A stretch of 57,438 bases of DNA, taken from Octopus bimaculoides (lineage: Eukaryota). The notes below the pieces were generated by a model. The model was not told the origin of the DNA. It was given only the letters and a program-made list of their open reading frames with translations, and searched no databases. Numbering within the stretch: the first letter of the stretch is position 1; each line of letters starts with the position of its first letter. The position numbers were made by a program, and so were the translations under genes. This document shows positions 36,736 through 50,033 of the stretch, one piece after another. The stretch is from the NCBI RefSeq assembly GCF_001194135.2, contig NC_068999.1, forward strand, positions 31,797,593 to 31,855,030, in the 5' to 3' direction.

Positions 36736-37020
36736 GATCATTGCCAGTGCCGGTTGACTGACTCCCATGCCAGTGGCACATAAAAAGCACCATTCAAGCG
36801 TGGTCAATGCCAGTATCGCCTTACTGGCCCTCGTGCCGGTGGCACGTAAAAGCACCCACTACGCTCTCGGAGTGGTTGGCGTTAGGAAGGGCATCCAGCT
36901 GTAGAAACTTTGCCAGATCAGATTGAGTCTGATGCAGCCTTCTGGCTTGCCAGCCCTCAGTCAAACCATCCAACCCATGCCCGCATGGAAAACAGACGTT
37001 AAACAATGATGATGATGATA
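36736..37020 (+). mobile_element. RTE LINE 3' UTR fragment
   Basis: ggcacgtaaaagcacccactacgctctcggagtggttggcgttaggaagggcatccagctgtagaaac...gttaaacaatgatgatgat. Confidence 0.85.
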
Positions 37021-38111
37021 TATTTCTGGAGACACTAGCATGTTTTAAAAATTGCATAGATAACATCTTCAATGTACGAAACTATTAGCAGCTCATAACT
37101 ATATACTGTGTACATTAAACAACATAAGTATACATACATACATACATACCTACCTTCACCAATGTGCATTTATGTATATGCGTATTTAGGCAAATATGCA
37201 TAAATACACATATATAGTGGGGAGATTTATGTGTGTGAAAAATTATGTGTGTGAAAAATTATGTGTGCATGCATGTGTACATGTATTTGATCAATTCTTA
37301 AGCTTTGATATTAAATATCTGTCATATCTACTACACTGTGATATCTACATTATATCAATAGTACAAAGCTAACTTCTCTGGTGTAGCACTTTTTTAACAG
37401 CGTGATAATATAATGATATACATGAGAGTACTTGTGTAAATATACATATGTGTACGCATATGCATGACTGTGTATGTATATGTATGTGTATAAATATATA
37501 TGCATATATGTATATTTAAATGCAAATATATATATGTGTGCATATCTATATATTTATTTGTATATGTATATTATATATATGTGTGTGTGGGAAGGGGTGT
37601 ATAAGACATGTATACATACACATGTGTGTATGTATATACATATGCATCTATGTTTGTTTGTATGTAAGCATGTTTATTAAATGCATATCATAATTGTTTT
37701 AACATCTATTTTCCATGCACACATGAATGAGACTACATTGGGGCAGCGTTTTCTACAGTTGGATGCCCTTCCTAGTGTCAATACTAAACTGTGTCTAGTC
37801 TCTCAAGCAATGAACAGCCTAGACATAGCTACCCGATGAACTAGAAACAAGCCAAAACTTTTTCAGTATCCCTTTTCTTTACAAAGGTCACACAACGCAT
37901 CAAGATATGTCAAGAAGCTCAGACATACTTTCATAGTGGACAGGAAGCAAGCCAGCAACATAGCTTGTATGAACTCTAATGCTTCTGTTTATAAACAGCA
38001 AACACATATGAAGACAAGGAGAATTTACAACTCACTTACACAAGCATACTCTCATACACATTCACACATGCACATACACGCATGCATGCACACATACCTG
38101 TGTACACACAT

Positions 38112-38332
38112 CTTTTATCTTTTACTTGTTTCAGTCATTAAACTGTGGTCATGCTAGGGCACTGCCTTGAAGAATTGTTAGTTGAATGAATCAATCTCAG
38201 TATTTATTTTTTTCTTAAGCCTGGTGTTTATTCTATTGATCTGTTTTGCCAAACCACTAAGTTACAGAGACATAAACACACCAGCATCAGTTGTCAAGTG
38301 GTGGCAGGAGACAAACACACGCACAGATATAC

Positions 38333-38392
<60 letters not shown>

Positions 38393-38555
38393 CAATATAC
38401 GTTCAGTTTCCTCCTAACAAATCCAATCATAAGGCTTTAGTCAGCCCAAGGCTATAGTAGAAAGCATTCACCTAAAGTGCAATATAATGGCACTGAACCC
38501 AGAACCATGAGGTTGGGAAGCAAGCTTCTTACCACACTTAGCCATACCTGTACCT
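38112..38555 (-). mobile_element. SINE family B copy (diverged)
   Basis: Colinear with 20808-21205. Confidence 0.85.
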
Positions 38556-38753
38556 GTTAATATATAAATATATATGACAGACTTCTTCAGTTTCCATTCA
38601 CTAATTTCATTGTTAGTCAACAATGGCTATACAGTAGAGCTGAAACCATGTGACACACACACACACACACCACTTGGTAACTTTTGCCAGTTAAAACAAT
38701 AAAATCCATATCCATGTATTAAGTTCTCTTTTTCCTGTTTGTTCTACCAAATC

Positions 38754-38784
<31 letters not shown>

Positions 38785-39180
38785 GCATGTTTATGCTGGT
38801 ATCTTATTATTTTCTAATCAGCAGAAAGTTAGAAAGTAACTCAGGGAACAAGAGTTTCATGATTGGCCCCTAGCAAACCAACTTCAGCATAAAGAATTAA
38901 TCACAGTTATTTCTGAAACATTTGATTAAATATAAAAACTGGGAGGGCACATACAAAAAAGCATATTTTTCATAAAACACAATGAAGACTTGAGGAGAGG
39001 TAAAATACAGTTAAAATATTGCATACTCATACACACATGGATATATATATGCATATATATATATATAAAACTATTCTTACACATGCACACATTCATACCC
39101 ATACATGTGTGTGTCTGCATACACAGATACACACACACACGCAGAAACACAGACACACAGACACACACACNNNNNNNNNN

Positions 39181-39217
<37 letters not shown>

Positions 39218-39361
39218 TATGTCATTCAATTACATAAGCATCAATTTGTACATATGAGCATATACACAGACATGACAAGTAAACAGACACCCCATAAAAC
39301 AGAGTTTTATGTTTATTCTAACTGGTAAAGGTTTATATTTTTTATTATTCTTTTTCTTTTA

Positions 39362-39750
39362 TTCTTTTATTTGTTTCAGTCATTTAACTGTGGCCATGCT
39401 AGAGCACTGCCTTTAGCCGAACGACTCAACCCCAGAACTTATTCTTTGTAAGCCTAGTACTTATTCTATATGACACTTTTGCTGAACCGCTAAATTACAG
39501 GGGCATAAACACCAAAATCAGTTGTCAAGCGATGGTAGGGGTGACAAACACAGACACCCCACACACACACACACAAACACAAACACACACACGATGGGCT
39601 TCTTTCAGTTTCCTTTTTCCAAATCCACTCACAAGGTTTTGGCCAGCCCGAGGCTATAGTAGAAAACAGTTGCCCAAGGTGCCATGAAGTGGGACTGAAC
39701 CCAGAGCCGTGTGGTTGATAAGCAAGCTATTTACCATACAGCTACTCCTT
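39362..39750 (-). mobile_element. SINE family B copy
   Basis: Colinear with 20808-21205. Abuts the 5' part of the Tc1 remnant. Confidence 0.85.
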
Positions 39751-39789
39751 GAGATTTTTATGCTTTGGGTTCTCTATGTGACTGTTTAA

Positions 39790-40803
39790 GCATACTATGT
39801 ACAAAGGAAGCCTTGGAACTGTCTGAATTTCAAAGAGGCCGTATTGTGGGTCCATCTGAAGGTGAACATAGTCAGTGTAAAATCGCAGAAAACCTTGGGA
39901 TCCTGCTTTCTACAATTAATAGAATAATTGGGCAATTCACCAGAGAGGGGAAGGAGTCCACATCACTTCAGCCAGATCAACTAGGGCTCTCTGACAGGAC
40001 CCTTCTCTTTGTTAAGAGAAGTGTGGAGGATAATCCTCATTGCAAGGCCTCTGACATAGCAGAACAAGTTGATGTCAATCCCAGAATGGCTGTCAGTTGA
40101 TGTCAATCCCAGAATGGCACACACTTGGTTACTATGGTAGATCAGCAAGAAGGAAGCCACTTCTTTGACCAGCCAATATCAAGCTGAGAAAAGACTGGGC
40201 CAGTGAGATGGAGAAGAGGCCACTAGCATTTTGGGACAGTGTCATATTCTCCAACGAATCCAGATTTGCTGCATTTTCTGACAGTGGTTGAGTGTGGGTT
40301 TGGAGAGTCTGTGATCAAGAATTTGATGTGAAAAGATTGCAGCCAACAATGAAACATGGCAGCTATTCTGTGATGATCTGGAGAGTAATATGGAGCAATG
40401 GTCAGTCAGAGCTGGTGGAGTGTGAGAGAAACATAAACTCAGATAAATATACATCCATATTGGAGAAAGGACTCCTTCCAATCTTCTCCAGTGGTGAAAT
40501 GATTAAAGAAGACTTTATTTATGAAAGATGGGGTTCCTTGTCACATGGCTAAAATGAGAATGGCATTAAAAAGCTTCCATGCACAAATCCCCAGGTATGA
40601 ACTCTATTGAACACCTCTGGGGCATAATGGACAGGACACTTCATAAAAAGAACAAGAAATCATCTTCAAGGCCAGATCTTTTGAAATTACTGCATAAAAC
40701 TTGGCAAGAAATACCTCAAGAGAATATTCGTCATCTGATCATTAACATGCTTAATAGGGTTCTTCCATTCAAAAATGCAAGAGGTATGTCTACTAAATAT
40801 TGA
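39790..40803 (+). mobile_element. Tc1-family (DD34E-type) transposase remnant
   Basis: [12 protein letters not shown]...[11 protein letters not shown] (HTH), WDSVIFSNESRF, QPTMKHGSYSVMIW, DGVPCH, SPGMNSIEHLW, TWQEIPQENIRHLIINMLNRV...ARGMSTKY. Internal ~24-bp tandem duplication near 40067-40118. Confidence 0.9.
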
Positions 40804-41062
40804 ATATTCACATTATAACAGTTAACAAATAATTTGAATGTATAACTTTAGATCTAAATAAATTTTAATGTCTATTTACTTCTGTCGGGTCTGTGTATAT
40901 ACATGCATACATGCATATATATGTATGCATGTGTTTGTCAAACTAATACACCTGCTTGTTGTTTATACACATGTCCTCATCTTTCAACTATATATATTTG
41001 TATATATTTATATATATGTATATGCATGTGTGGATGCATACATACACACATACATAGAAACA

Positions 41063-41095
<33 letters not shown>

Positions 41096-41155
41096 GTGTG
41101 TATGTTTATGCACATGAATATGATAATAGAAATACAATTACTTATTTTCCTACAG

Positions 41156-41340
41156 CCACACACATGTGCAAATATACCAATCAATAAACAAATGAATGCA
41201 ATCGTACGTTTTACCATTGTAGTTGTTTGGAACTCTGCATTGGCTGTTCCAAGTGCATTTGGATGCTTAACCACAAAGAATCATCAGGGAACGCTTTATT
41301 GCATTATTACAAAGAAACAGTGTCTAGTGATGAGCAGATG
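41156..41340 (+). CDS. Candidate 185-nt host-gene exon, open in one frame; possible signal peptide MNAIVRFTIVVVWNSALA
   Basis: Acceptor ttacttattttcctacag and donor ATG|gtaagg. Frame 0 is open throughout (PHTCANIPINKQMNAIVRFTIVVVWNSALAVPSAFGCLTTKNHQGTLYCIITKKQCLVMSR); the other two frames contain stops. No partner exons found and the protein is not recognised. Confidence 0.3.
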
Positions 41341-41448
41341 GTAAGGCATTTTATAAGTATTGTGAGAAGGAAACTAGAAAGAAAACTGTTGCCAGAGAAA
41401 ATTAGAGGGACAAAGAAGCAAGAGAATGTGAGAGAGAAACAGGAGATA

Positions 41449-41449
<1 letters not shown>

Positions 41450-41483
<34 letters not shown>

Positions 41484-41510
41484 GCAGGCAGGCAGGCAGG
41501 CAGGCAGACA
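41450..41510. repeat. (GAAA)n-(GGCA)n tetranucleotide microsatellite; a similar (GGCA)(GACA)(GATA) tract lies at 42001-42100
   Basis: Direct reading. Confidence 0.9.
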
Positions 41511-42020
41511 GGAAAAACTAAATTGAACAACCATTAAAAGGATATTCAAAAATATATTAACATGATGAAGTAGGTGCAATGAATATGGAAATAAATTAAT
41601 GAATAATAAACCCAAGAGATAGAGAAAGAGAGGAAGAACAATAAGAATGCATAGTGAGAAAGAGAAGACATGAGAGAGAGAGACAGAAGTAAGCGATTAT
41701 AAAAATGGAGAGCCATTTAATTGTGAGTGATTGAAACCAATTAAATGATTTCCCTTTTATGTACACCTGCATGAGGGTATGTGTGGTCAGAATTAATCCT
41801 TTTGAAGTATACAAAATGGCTGACCTTTCCATACCTATACTGTGTGAGCTCATGACCTACTCATATTCATGTGTTTCTTTGTGTTTATATTCACTTTCCA
41901 ATCCCTTTTGGTTTCAATCATTCATAATTAAATGACTCTCCATTTTCATAATCTCTTTTGTCTCTCTCATGTGCTGGCTTTCTCAGTTTCTATAGAGAGA
42001 TAGGCAGGCAGGCAGGCAGG

Positions 42021-42058
<38 letters not shown>

Positions 42059-42283
42059 AACAGACAGACAGACAGATAGATAGATAGATAGATAGACAGA
42101 CAAATACACATATATATGTGGTGATTGCCACTTCAGTACAGAAAACATCTCTTCAATCAGTAAACGCTGCCATGAGATCCCATATGACAAGCAAGTTTAG
42201 CTTTGGACGATTAGATTCTACTGCAGATGTTGCAAACACTTTTAGGCAAAAAAGTGTTTGGGATTGAAGTCAAGTCCCTTTAC

Positions 42284-42314
<31 letters not shown>

Positions 42315-42333
42315 AGTGTGTGTGTGTGTGTGT

Positions 42334-42367
<34 letters not shown>

Positions 42368-42384
42368 GTGTGTGTGTGTGTGTG

Positions 42385-42548
42385 TGATGTCATGTTAAAA
42401 GCACCCAATACACTCTATGGAGTGGTTGGCATTAGGAAGGGTATCTAGCTGTAGAAACCATGTCTGGTGCAGCCTCTGGCCCTGCCAGCACCAGTCAAAC
42501 TGTCCAACCCATGCCATTATGGAAGACGGACGTTAAATGATGATGATA
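42385..42548 (+). mobile_element. RTE 3' tail fragment
   Basis: aaaagcacccaatacactctatggagtggttggcattaggaagggtatctagctgtagaaacc...gacgttaaatgatgatgat. Confidence 0.8.
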
Positions 42549-42816
42549 TGTATATATCAATACACATACACACACACATATACATAACTGTATATGCACA
42601 TAGGCACACACACATATAACAGTATACATGTATAAATATAAAGTCAATTTGGTGAGTGTTTTGTGCAAAATGCATGGCCTTTAAATCACTTTTATAACTT
42701 CCTGTCAAGTAAAAATAGTAATCAGATGTTAGGCAGGTTGGCTAATAATTGTAATGTAGGTATTAGCGGTATTTAGAGAATAAGAATTTATCTTTATGTA
42801 AACATGTTTTATTTTT

Positions 42817-44100
42817 CTAGTCTCGTTTATTAAGTAATTCTGATTTGGCCATTAAAATGAAAAATTTCTCATTTATGCATAATTTACATCGATTATTTTT
42901 AAGGTTATATGAAGATGTTTTAGCTAGGATACGCCATTCTAATCTATGATTAATGTTATTGTCTTTCAGTTCCCAGATATAACTACTTAATCCAGTAGAG
43001 TTAACCTTACTTCTATTTCTGAAACTTAAGCGATGGGAATTATATCTAAGTTTCATTTCATTTTTAGTTGCTCCTATATACGTTTTCTTATAATTATTGG
43101 AGAATACATCACACTGATAGATTACATTTTTAGTTTTACATTTATTCAAGAATTCACAAGTATTTTTATCTCTGCAACCACATAGATTAATAAGACTATC
43201 TGTGCCTATGATATGGTAGGGGAGGATTATCATTTATAAGGTGTTTGTCCGAATTTTTAGAGGGCGAGTATATTTGGGGGGATCACTTATTATATCAATC
43301 GATTGGTTGTTGTGCTTTTTATTGTTATTCTTCCTAGTTTCATAGACAGCGTCGAGCTTTTTATTGTTGATAGAGGCTATAATAGTAGCTAGGTTGCTAG
43401 TTAGGCTATTGCCTATTCTAATTTTATTGCTAAAGATTTCTGAGTATTTCGTATTCATATTGAAGTGCTTATTTATAAGTTTTATCATAAATTTAACTAT
43501 ATTGGGTTTTAGTTGAATCATGAAGGGGATTATTAGCCAGATGTTATCTTTCTTCCACTTATTATTTTTAATATCTTTTGTTTTTGGTGTAAAAACTACC
43601 CTCAGTATTATTGTAGATCGTAAAGTTATGGTTATAATTATTATTATTCTTTCTATTGTTATTTTTATTACTATTGCCATCAGCTTTGGTAGGGTTGTTC
43701 CAATTCGATTTATTTATTTTATTTACCTTGATATTATAATTACTAACAGGGACTTTATTGGTTCTTTTAGGTGTATTATTTTGATTTTTATTGTTGTTAT
43801 TATTTTTCTTGGTATTCTTATCATTCCCATTATTATTATTTCTATCGTTATCATATCTAATGTTCTTATTGATATTATTATGAATCATATTATCCTTTCT
43901 ACTATTTTTATTATTACTACTATTATTGTTCTTATTCTTATTGTTTTTGTGATTATTATTACAGATATTTTGGCTATTATTCCTATTATTATAATTATGA
44001 ATATCTATGTTATACGGGTTATTTTTATAAGGCTTCGAGTCAAGGTGTTTAATTTTTCTCCTATCTATATTTCTCTGATAAACTCTAAATCATTCTGACA
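42817..44100 (-). mobile_element. Penelope-like element lacking RT: Asn-rich N-terminal tract joined to linker and GIY-YIG endonuclease
   Basis: Asn-rich frame 44079-43568; then KWKKDNIWLIIPF...LINKHFNMNTKYSEIFSNKIRIGNSLTSNLATII (cf. RNIIWFNPPY...LIDKHF...KIFNRNNVKVSYSCMPN); then CKTKNVIYQC...YIGATKNEMKLRYNSHRLSF...TGLSSYIWELKD...CKLCINEKFFI...LLNKR. Confidence 0.85.
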
Positions 44101-44239
44101 ATGTTTGTTAAATGGAACAACATAAATGCAAATTTACTTCGAAATAACAAACTGAAACAGCTGTAAATGTACTTGAACTACAATTAGACTATGACCAATG
44201 ATCAACTTCTAATTGTTAATTGTTGCTCCATTTCTTTTT

Positions 44240-44285
<46 letters not shown>

Positions 44286-44959
44286 AAGTATGGGGGTTTA
44301 GCTCACTGGTGATCTAAATGATTAGGTGCTATAGGTAAGAGCTGTAACAGATTACTAAGGCTCCAAGGTTGTAGCTGAGAATGGTAGTTATGGAGCCATT
44401 GCAGATTTCTGATATAGCGGATGCATATTAAGAACGAAGGGAGAAAATACTTAGAGAGTTTTATCAGGACTAAGTGGAGGAAAATATTTACATTGTTATT
44501 GAAATATGCTACAAGTTTTAATTGCTTTACGACAATTTTATCATAAAATAAACAAAGTGAAAATAAAGTGACGTAAAGTGATTAATCTTCCATTTTAGCA
44601 TTTTTAAAAGTTCACACACACACACACACACATACACTCATACACACACACACACATATATATATGTATATATTTGTATGTGTGTATTTATGTATGTATG
44701 TATGTATGTATGTATAATATATATGCTCCAGCATCCAGTCTCTCCCAGTTAAACCTTTCCCACAACTCATCTACCTGACACACATCCTTCTATCATTCTA
44801 TTAACAACTACAGCATCATTTATTCATTTATTCTTCTATATTACACCTTGAAACTACTTCCTTTATCACCAGGGGTATATATTCTGGGTCTGCTAGGTGT
44901 GCAATGCACACCTATCGAAATTGGCAAATTCATTACAAATATTAATCTAAGGTTTAAAA

Positions 44960-45870
44960 TCATCCCCTTCAAAATAGTCAACTTGTGCAGCAATGCAGAA
45001 GTCCCAGCATTCCTTCTGCTTTTGGAATCTGGTCTGAATCGAGGACCTTCTGCAATTCACTCTGGATCTTGACAACGGCATTAAAACAGTAACATTTGAG
45101 TTGCTTTTTCATCTTGAAGAAGTTTTCAGGTGCTAAATCTGGCGAATAGGGTGGGTGTGGAAGCACTATCATGTTTTTGGCAAAAAACTCATGAATGAAG
45201 AGAGCTCAGTGATAGGGTGCATTGTTGTCATGGAGAATCCAATTCTTCACACTCCACAGATCCAGTCACTTTTGCTGAATGTTTTCCCTCAAATGCTTCC
45301 AAACGTTGCAGTAGAACTCTTGATTGATGGTCTGGCTCCGGGGAATGAATTCTCGATGTACAATACCACATCTCTGAGGGTGATGTACATGGCAGGTCTT
45401 CTAGACTTCTCGTCATTTTCCAGGGACATTCTTCCACTTTTGAAGCACCTGTGCCATTCAGAACATTATGTACAACCCATTGCCTTATCACCATAAGCTT
45501 GCTAAAGCATACTCAATCATTCCCATTATTAGTATTTCTATCATTATCATATCTAATGTTGTTATTAATATTATTATGAATCTTATTATTCTTCCTACTG
45601 TTTTTATTATTACTACTATTATTGTTATTGTTATTCTTATTGTTTTTGTGATTATTGTTTTTGTGATTATTATTATAGATATTTTGGTTATTATTCCTAC
45701 TATTATAATTATGAATATTTATGTTATTCAGATTATGTTTATAAGACTCTGAGTAAAGGTACCTAAGGTAGCAGACTTCTCAAGTTTAACGCAAAATTTC
45801 ATGTTGGATTTTTGTTCTTGCCCATGACAAAATTGTAGGCTACAATATACATGTGATTGCAAAAACAGAA
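44960..45870 (-). mobile_element. mariner-family transposase remnant, internally deleted and interrupted at 45523-45767
   Basis: EQKSNMKFCVKLEKSAT | insert | SML*QAYGDKAMG...DDEKSRRP; NWILHDNNAP; HPPYSPDLAP; DYFEGD. Confidence 0.9.
45523..45767 (-). mobile_element. Asn-rich Penelope-family internal fragment inserted into the mariner remnant
   Basis: Colinear with ~43823-44050 (cccattatt...tatcatatctaatgtt...tattataattatgaatat). Confidence 0.75.
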
Positions 45871-46429
45871 ATTTCATAACTTGCGAAGTAAATACAGTGA
45901 TATCACTTGGCACACTGCCCCATGAATGTCACTGCTAGCTCTCACTGTGCATGCAACTGTGTGCTGTCATCTGTTGGCATACTACAGAACCACTCTGGGA
46001 ACTCTTGGATACCACCTCGTATTAATCTGTTGCTCTCCACCATATCCTTCATGTGTTGCCACTTATCATTTCCTCCTTCCTGTCCTATTCCTTCTTTCCT
46101 TTACCTTTCCCCTGCAAACTATGATTCACCCTTTACCCATGTTCACCATTTACTACATCCATCTCTATCACTATCTCTAACCATCTGTCACTCACATGAA
46201 TCTATCCATCTATCTATCTATCCTCAAACCTCTGTCTCTATTTGCTTTTATATCTACCAGTTTCTATTATCTCTGTATCTACCTTCTTGTACCTTGAGGG
46301 TATACATCTTATCACCACCATCCTTTCTTCTTTTCCAGCTGGGGTTGCCACATATCTCCTTTACAGCAAGATACCTATTTCTATTCCTCCATCATATCAC
46401 TGCATCGTCACTCAATCGAGGAGCCTTGT

Positions 46430-46610
46430 CTTACAAGTTACTTGGTGACCTCATTAGTGCTAGTACCATGAAAAAGCACCCAGTACACTGTGTAAAATGA
46501 CTGACATTAGGAAGATCATCCAGCGATAAAAACCATACCACAGCAGACATTGGAACTTGACACAGTTCTCTGGCTCATTTGACCATTATAAACCAGGCAC
46601 CCATGCCAAC
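46430..46610 (+). mobile_element. RTE-type 3' tail fragment (diverged)
   Basis: aaaaagcacccagtacactgtgtaaaatgactgacattaggaagatcatccagcgataaaaacc. Confidence 0.6.
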
Positions 46611-49600
46611 ATGTGTCAAAAATAATATAATACAAATAGCCAAGATAGAAACAGACAAGAAAATCCTAACAAATATTTATGATATCCTTAATTACCTAAA
46701 TTAAAATAAAATTTCTTTATAGAAATCTAATAACACAAAACCACCTGAACCTCTGTCTGACCTATATTGCATGATGCAATAATTCATCTACAAACATTCT
46801 TTTGTGAAACCTAAAACACAAAGAATGTTGTGGTCTTAATTTTGCACATCCATTTACACCTTTACTTTCTCTCTGCTGGAACCCTAAACAATGACAAAAT
46901 ATCTACATCAAACCAAAATAAATGTCCTCACTCTAATTTTTTATTAACCCATACCCTGTAAACGCATACTTTCCTCCCATCCTCCTCTACCCGCTTCCTA
47001 TACTACTCCACCAACATCACACCTAATTATCACTCACATAGCTCTACCTACCCAAATAAAAGACAAGTTGCCAAAGGCTATATATTACCTAAGTAAAGCA
47101 CAGTATGATGAAGGCAAGCAACCCAAAACTTCAAAGTCACTGTTAAGTAATAAATATCATATATAAACAAATATATAGAGAACAGGAAATCATCATCATC
47201 ATTTTTTAACTTCTGTCTTCCATACTAGCATATATTTATTTATGTACATATGTAATTGTGTGTGTGTGCGCGTGTGTGTGTGTGTGTTGTATATGTGTGT
47301 GTGTATATTGTGTATGTGTATTAAATTAGATACATTGAAAGACATCTTACAATTTGTTTTTGCATAATATTGTTCTAGTGATAATAACATAAGCCACGAC
47401 TTTAATGACAACAACAACAACAATTAGAACAGCAGCAATATAAACTATATCTCTAACAAAACCAAATCAGTAACAAATACCACAAATAATAGCTATTTTG
47501 AAGAGGGAAGATGAGAATGTTTGTTGTGCTCCAACAGTGTCTGTCCACTTTATTAGAGCTTTCACACTCAGTACTGTAGGCATATAACAAATTAACAACA
47601 GACTTTCAACATAAAGAAGGAACCTCTACATGGTCACTCAAGCTGCTAGAATTAGCGACCGAATCACCCTCATGTCACACCCTGCTGTCTTGTTAGAAGG
47701 AAGGACAATTTAGATAGTATAATCAAAGATGTACTTTGTCTGAGTAAAATATTGTCAGAGCTGGGATAATTTTGATGAAAACTGACCTGGAGCAAAACAA
47801 ATACTACAACACAAACGGTATAAAAAGACAAATAAATATTTTTACTGTTACATAGCACTTAATACAATAAGCAGTCAGATGTTGGGAGATTCCACACAGT
47901 CTCCCACTTGGTGAAGATGTAATTTTGGAATATAGTATCTTCAGCTCACATTTTGTTGTTTGTCCAGTTACTTTATAGATGAGAGATTATTAGTAATAAA
48001 TTTTGACCTCCCCCTTGACAGTTAAATGGTAATATGTGATACTTAATCTAGCATTATTATTTTCATATATTTTATGTCCATTTGTTGATGTTAGCATCAG
48101 TGGAGTATGTTTAACAAATGGGAACATTTATAAATAATAACTCAATTGTTTTTTCAGCAGTGTGTCTTTCCTTATAGCTAACCACTCAACTGTAAAGAAC
48201 AAAATCTGTTTAACAACTGGTTATACTGAGGGCACCAGAGTTACGTACGATGTTCTGAGGTGTATCAATTCTGCTTGTTTTTTTTTAGTGGAAATATCCT
48301 CATTTATTTCACAGCTATAATTTCTATGAAATTTTCTCAGTCCATTCAAACTTTAAACAAATTAAATTAATCTTAAATAAAACAGAACAAGCAGAAGTTT
48401 TACTGTTCACTTGAAATAAATGAAAGAGAAAAAAAGCACTTGCATATCTGACTTAGATTGATGGAGGTGGGTGCATGTTAAGGGTGCAATGAATTTATAA
48501 ATGAAACATGGTCGAAGTAATTAAGGTTTTATAAGTAGAAATCTGAATAAAAGTTTGTCTGGGAAGATTAATCTTCTTGACTGACATGTTTACACAATGT
48601 TATCTTCAAAAAATCATTGTTATTTCAGTTTAAAGAATAATTGCTCTGCTAATCAAAGACCAATAATAGAAGATAGATAGACGTTCAATCAATTCTTATA
48701 ATTTATTCAACTCTTAAACATGGCAACATGTGATAACTTATGGTATAGGGTATACATGTGGCAGAAGTTACTGTTTAGATCATGGTCAGTTCAGGATTAA
48801 GACAATCTATAGTGAAATGCATTCCTGATATGAGCATGCTCTCAGACACTGTACATCATCAAAGACATTATCTTTTGTCTGTTCTTTTTGGGTTTTTTAA
48901 GATAAACAGGTATAATTTGACGGCGACTTAGCTGCTATTCTTAGCACATCAAACAAGTCTATAAGAAATTCCATCATTGGCTCAAAGTTGTCATGGAGTA
49001 TTCATTTATTGTTGGCTTCATGAGATTATGGAGTATACTTACTAGTAACAAACTATTATGGAGTATCCACTAATTGTTGACCACCTGAGATTATGAATAT
49101 CCTCTATGTATTGACCACCATTGTTATATCTAACCTCAGTTCCAAACACAGAAACTTTACCAAAATATCCTTCAACAATGCTTGTATGATTTAAACAATT
49201 ACAAAACAATATGAAGAATTGAACAAAATTAATGTGTTGCTTGTCTCTTTAAAAATACATTCCATTCAGTAAGCATGCTCCTGGCTGTAACTGGAATTAA
49301 GAATTCCAGTCAAATTTAATTACATGCTTGAATCAAGATCAGACTAATTTAAAAGAAACCTCTGTGGAATGAAAATTAATTTCTCCATCTGTTCCAGAGA
49401 AATGTAGCACTGCTTAATTTATAAGTTATCCAGAACCAGTTGAGATGGCACAGTCAGTAGAGAACTAATATAAATATAGTGTAGAATTTAGCTTGGTTCT
49501 AACTCCTATGACCCAAATGAGTGATGTTACATTTTGTCTTTCATGATTCAATGAAATGAACAGATGTTGTTGTTTTTCACCCCAGGTTAATTCTGAATGA

Positions 49601-49699
49601 AGTAGGGTGGAGGATAAAAAAAATAACTTAGTTTTCCAAAATTACCAAAACAAAAATGTAAATGCTTAAATAGGTAAACCATGCACTCATTTTAGTGTT

Positions 49700-50033
49700 T
49701 AGATTCTGACATGGCTCTCTGGTAGTTATGACAATGATTGTTCCAGTTGATCCGATCAACGGAACAGCCTGCTCATGGAATTAACTTGCAAGTGGCTGAG
49801 CATTCCACAGACATGCATACTCTTAACATAGTTTTCATGGAGATTCAAAGCAACATAGAGTGTGACAAGATTGGCTCTTCAAATTACAGGTACAACTCAT
49901 TTTTGCCAGCTGAGTGGATTGGAGCAGTGAGAAATAAAGTGTATTGCTCAAGAACACAATGTGCTGTAGGGAGCCAAACTCTAGACCTTACAATTGTGAG
50001 TCAAATACTCTAGCCACTAAGTCATGCATCTTC
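49700..50033 (-). mobile_element. SINE family C, tRNA-derived head
   Basis: Minus strand starts tgaagatgcatgacttagtggctagagtatttgactcacaattgtaaggtctagagtttggctccc (A/B-box-like), then ctccaatccactcagctggcaaaaatgagt. Confidence 0.75.
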
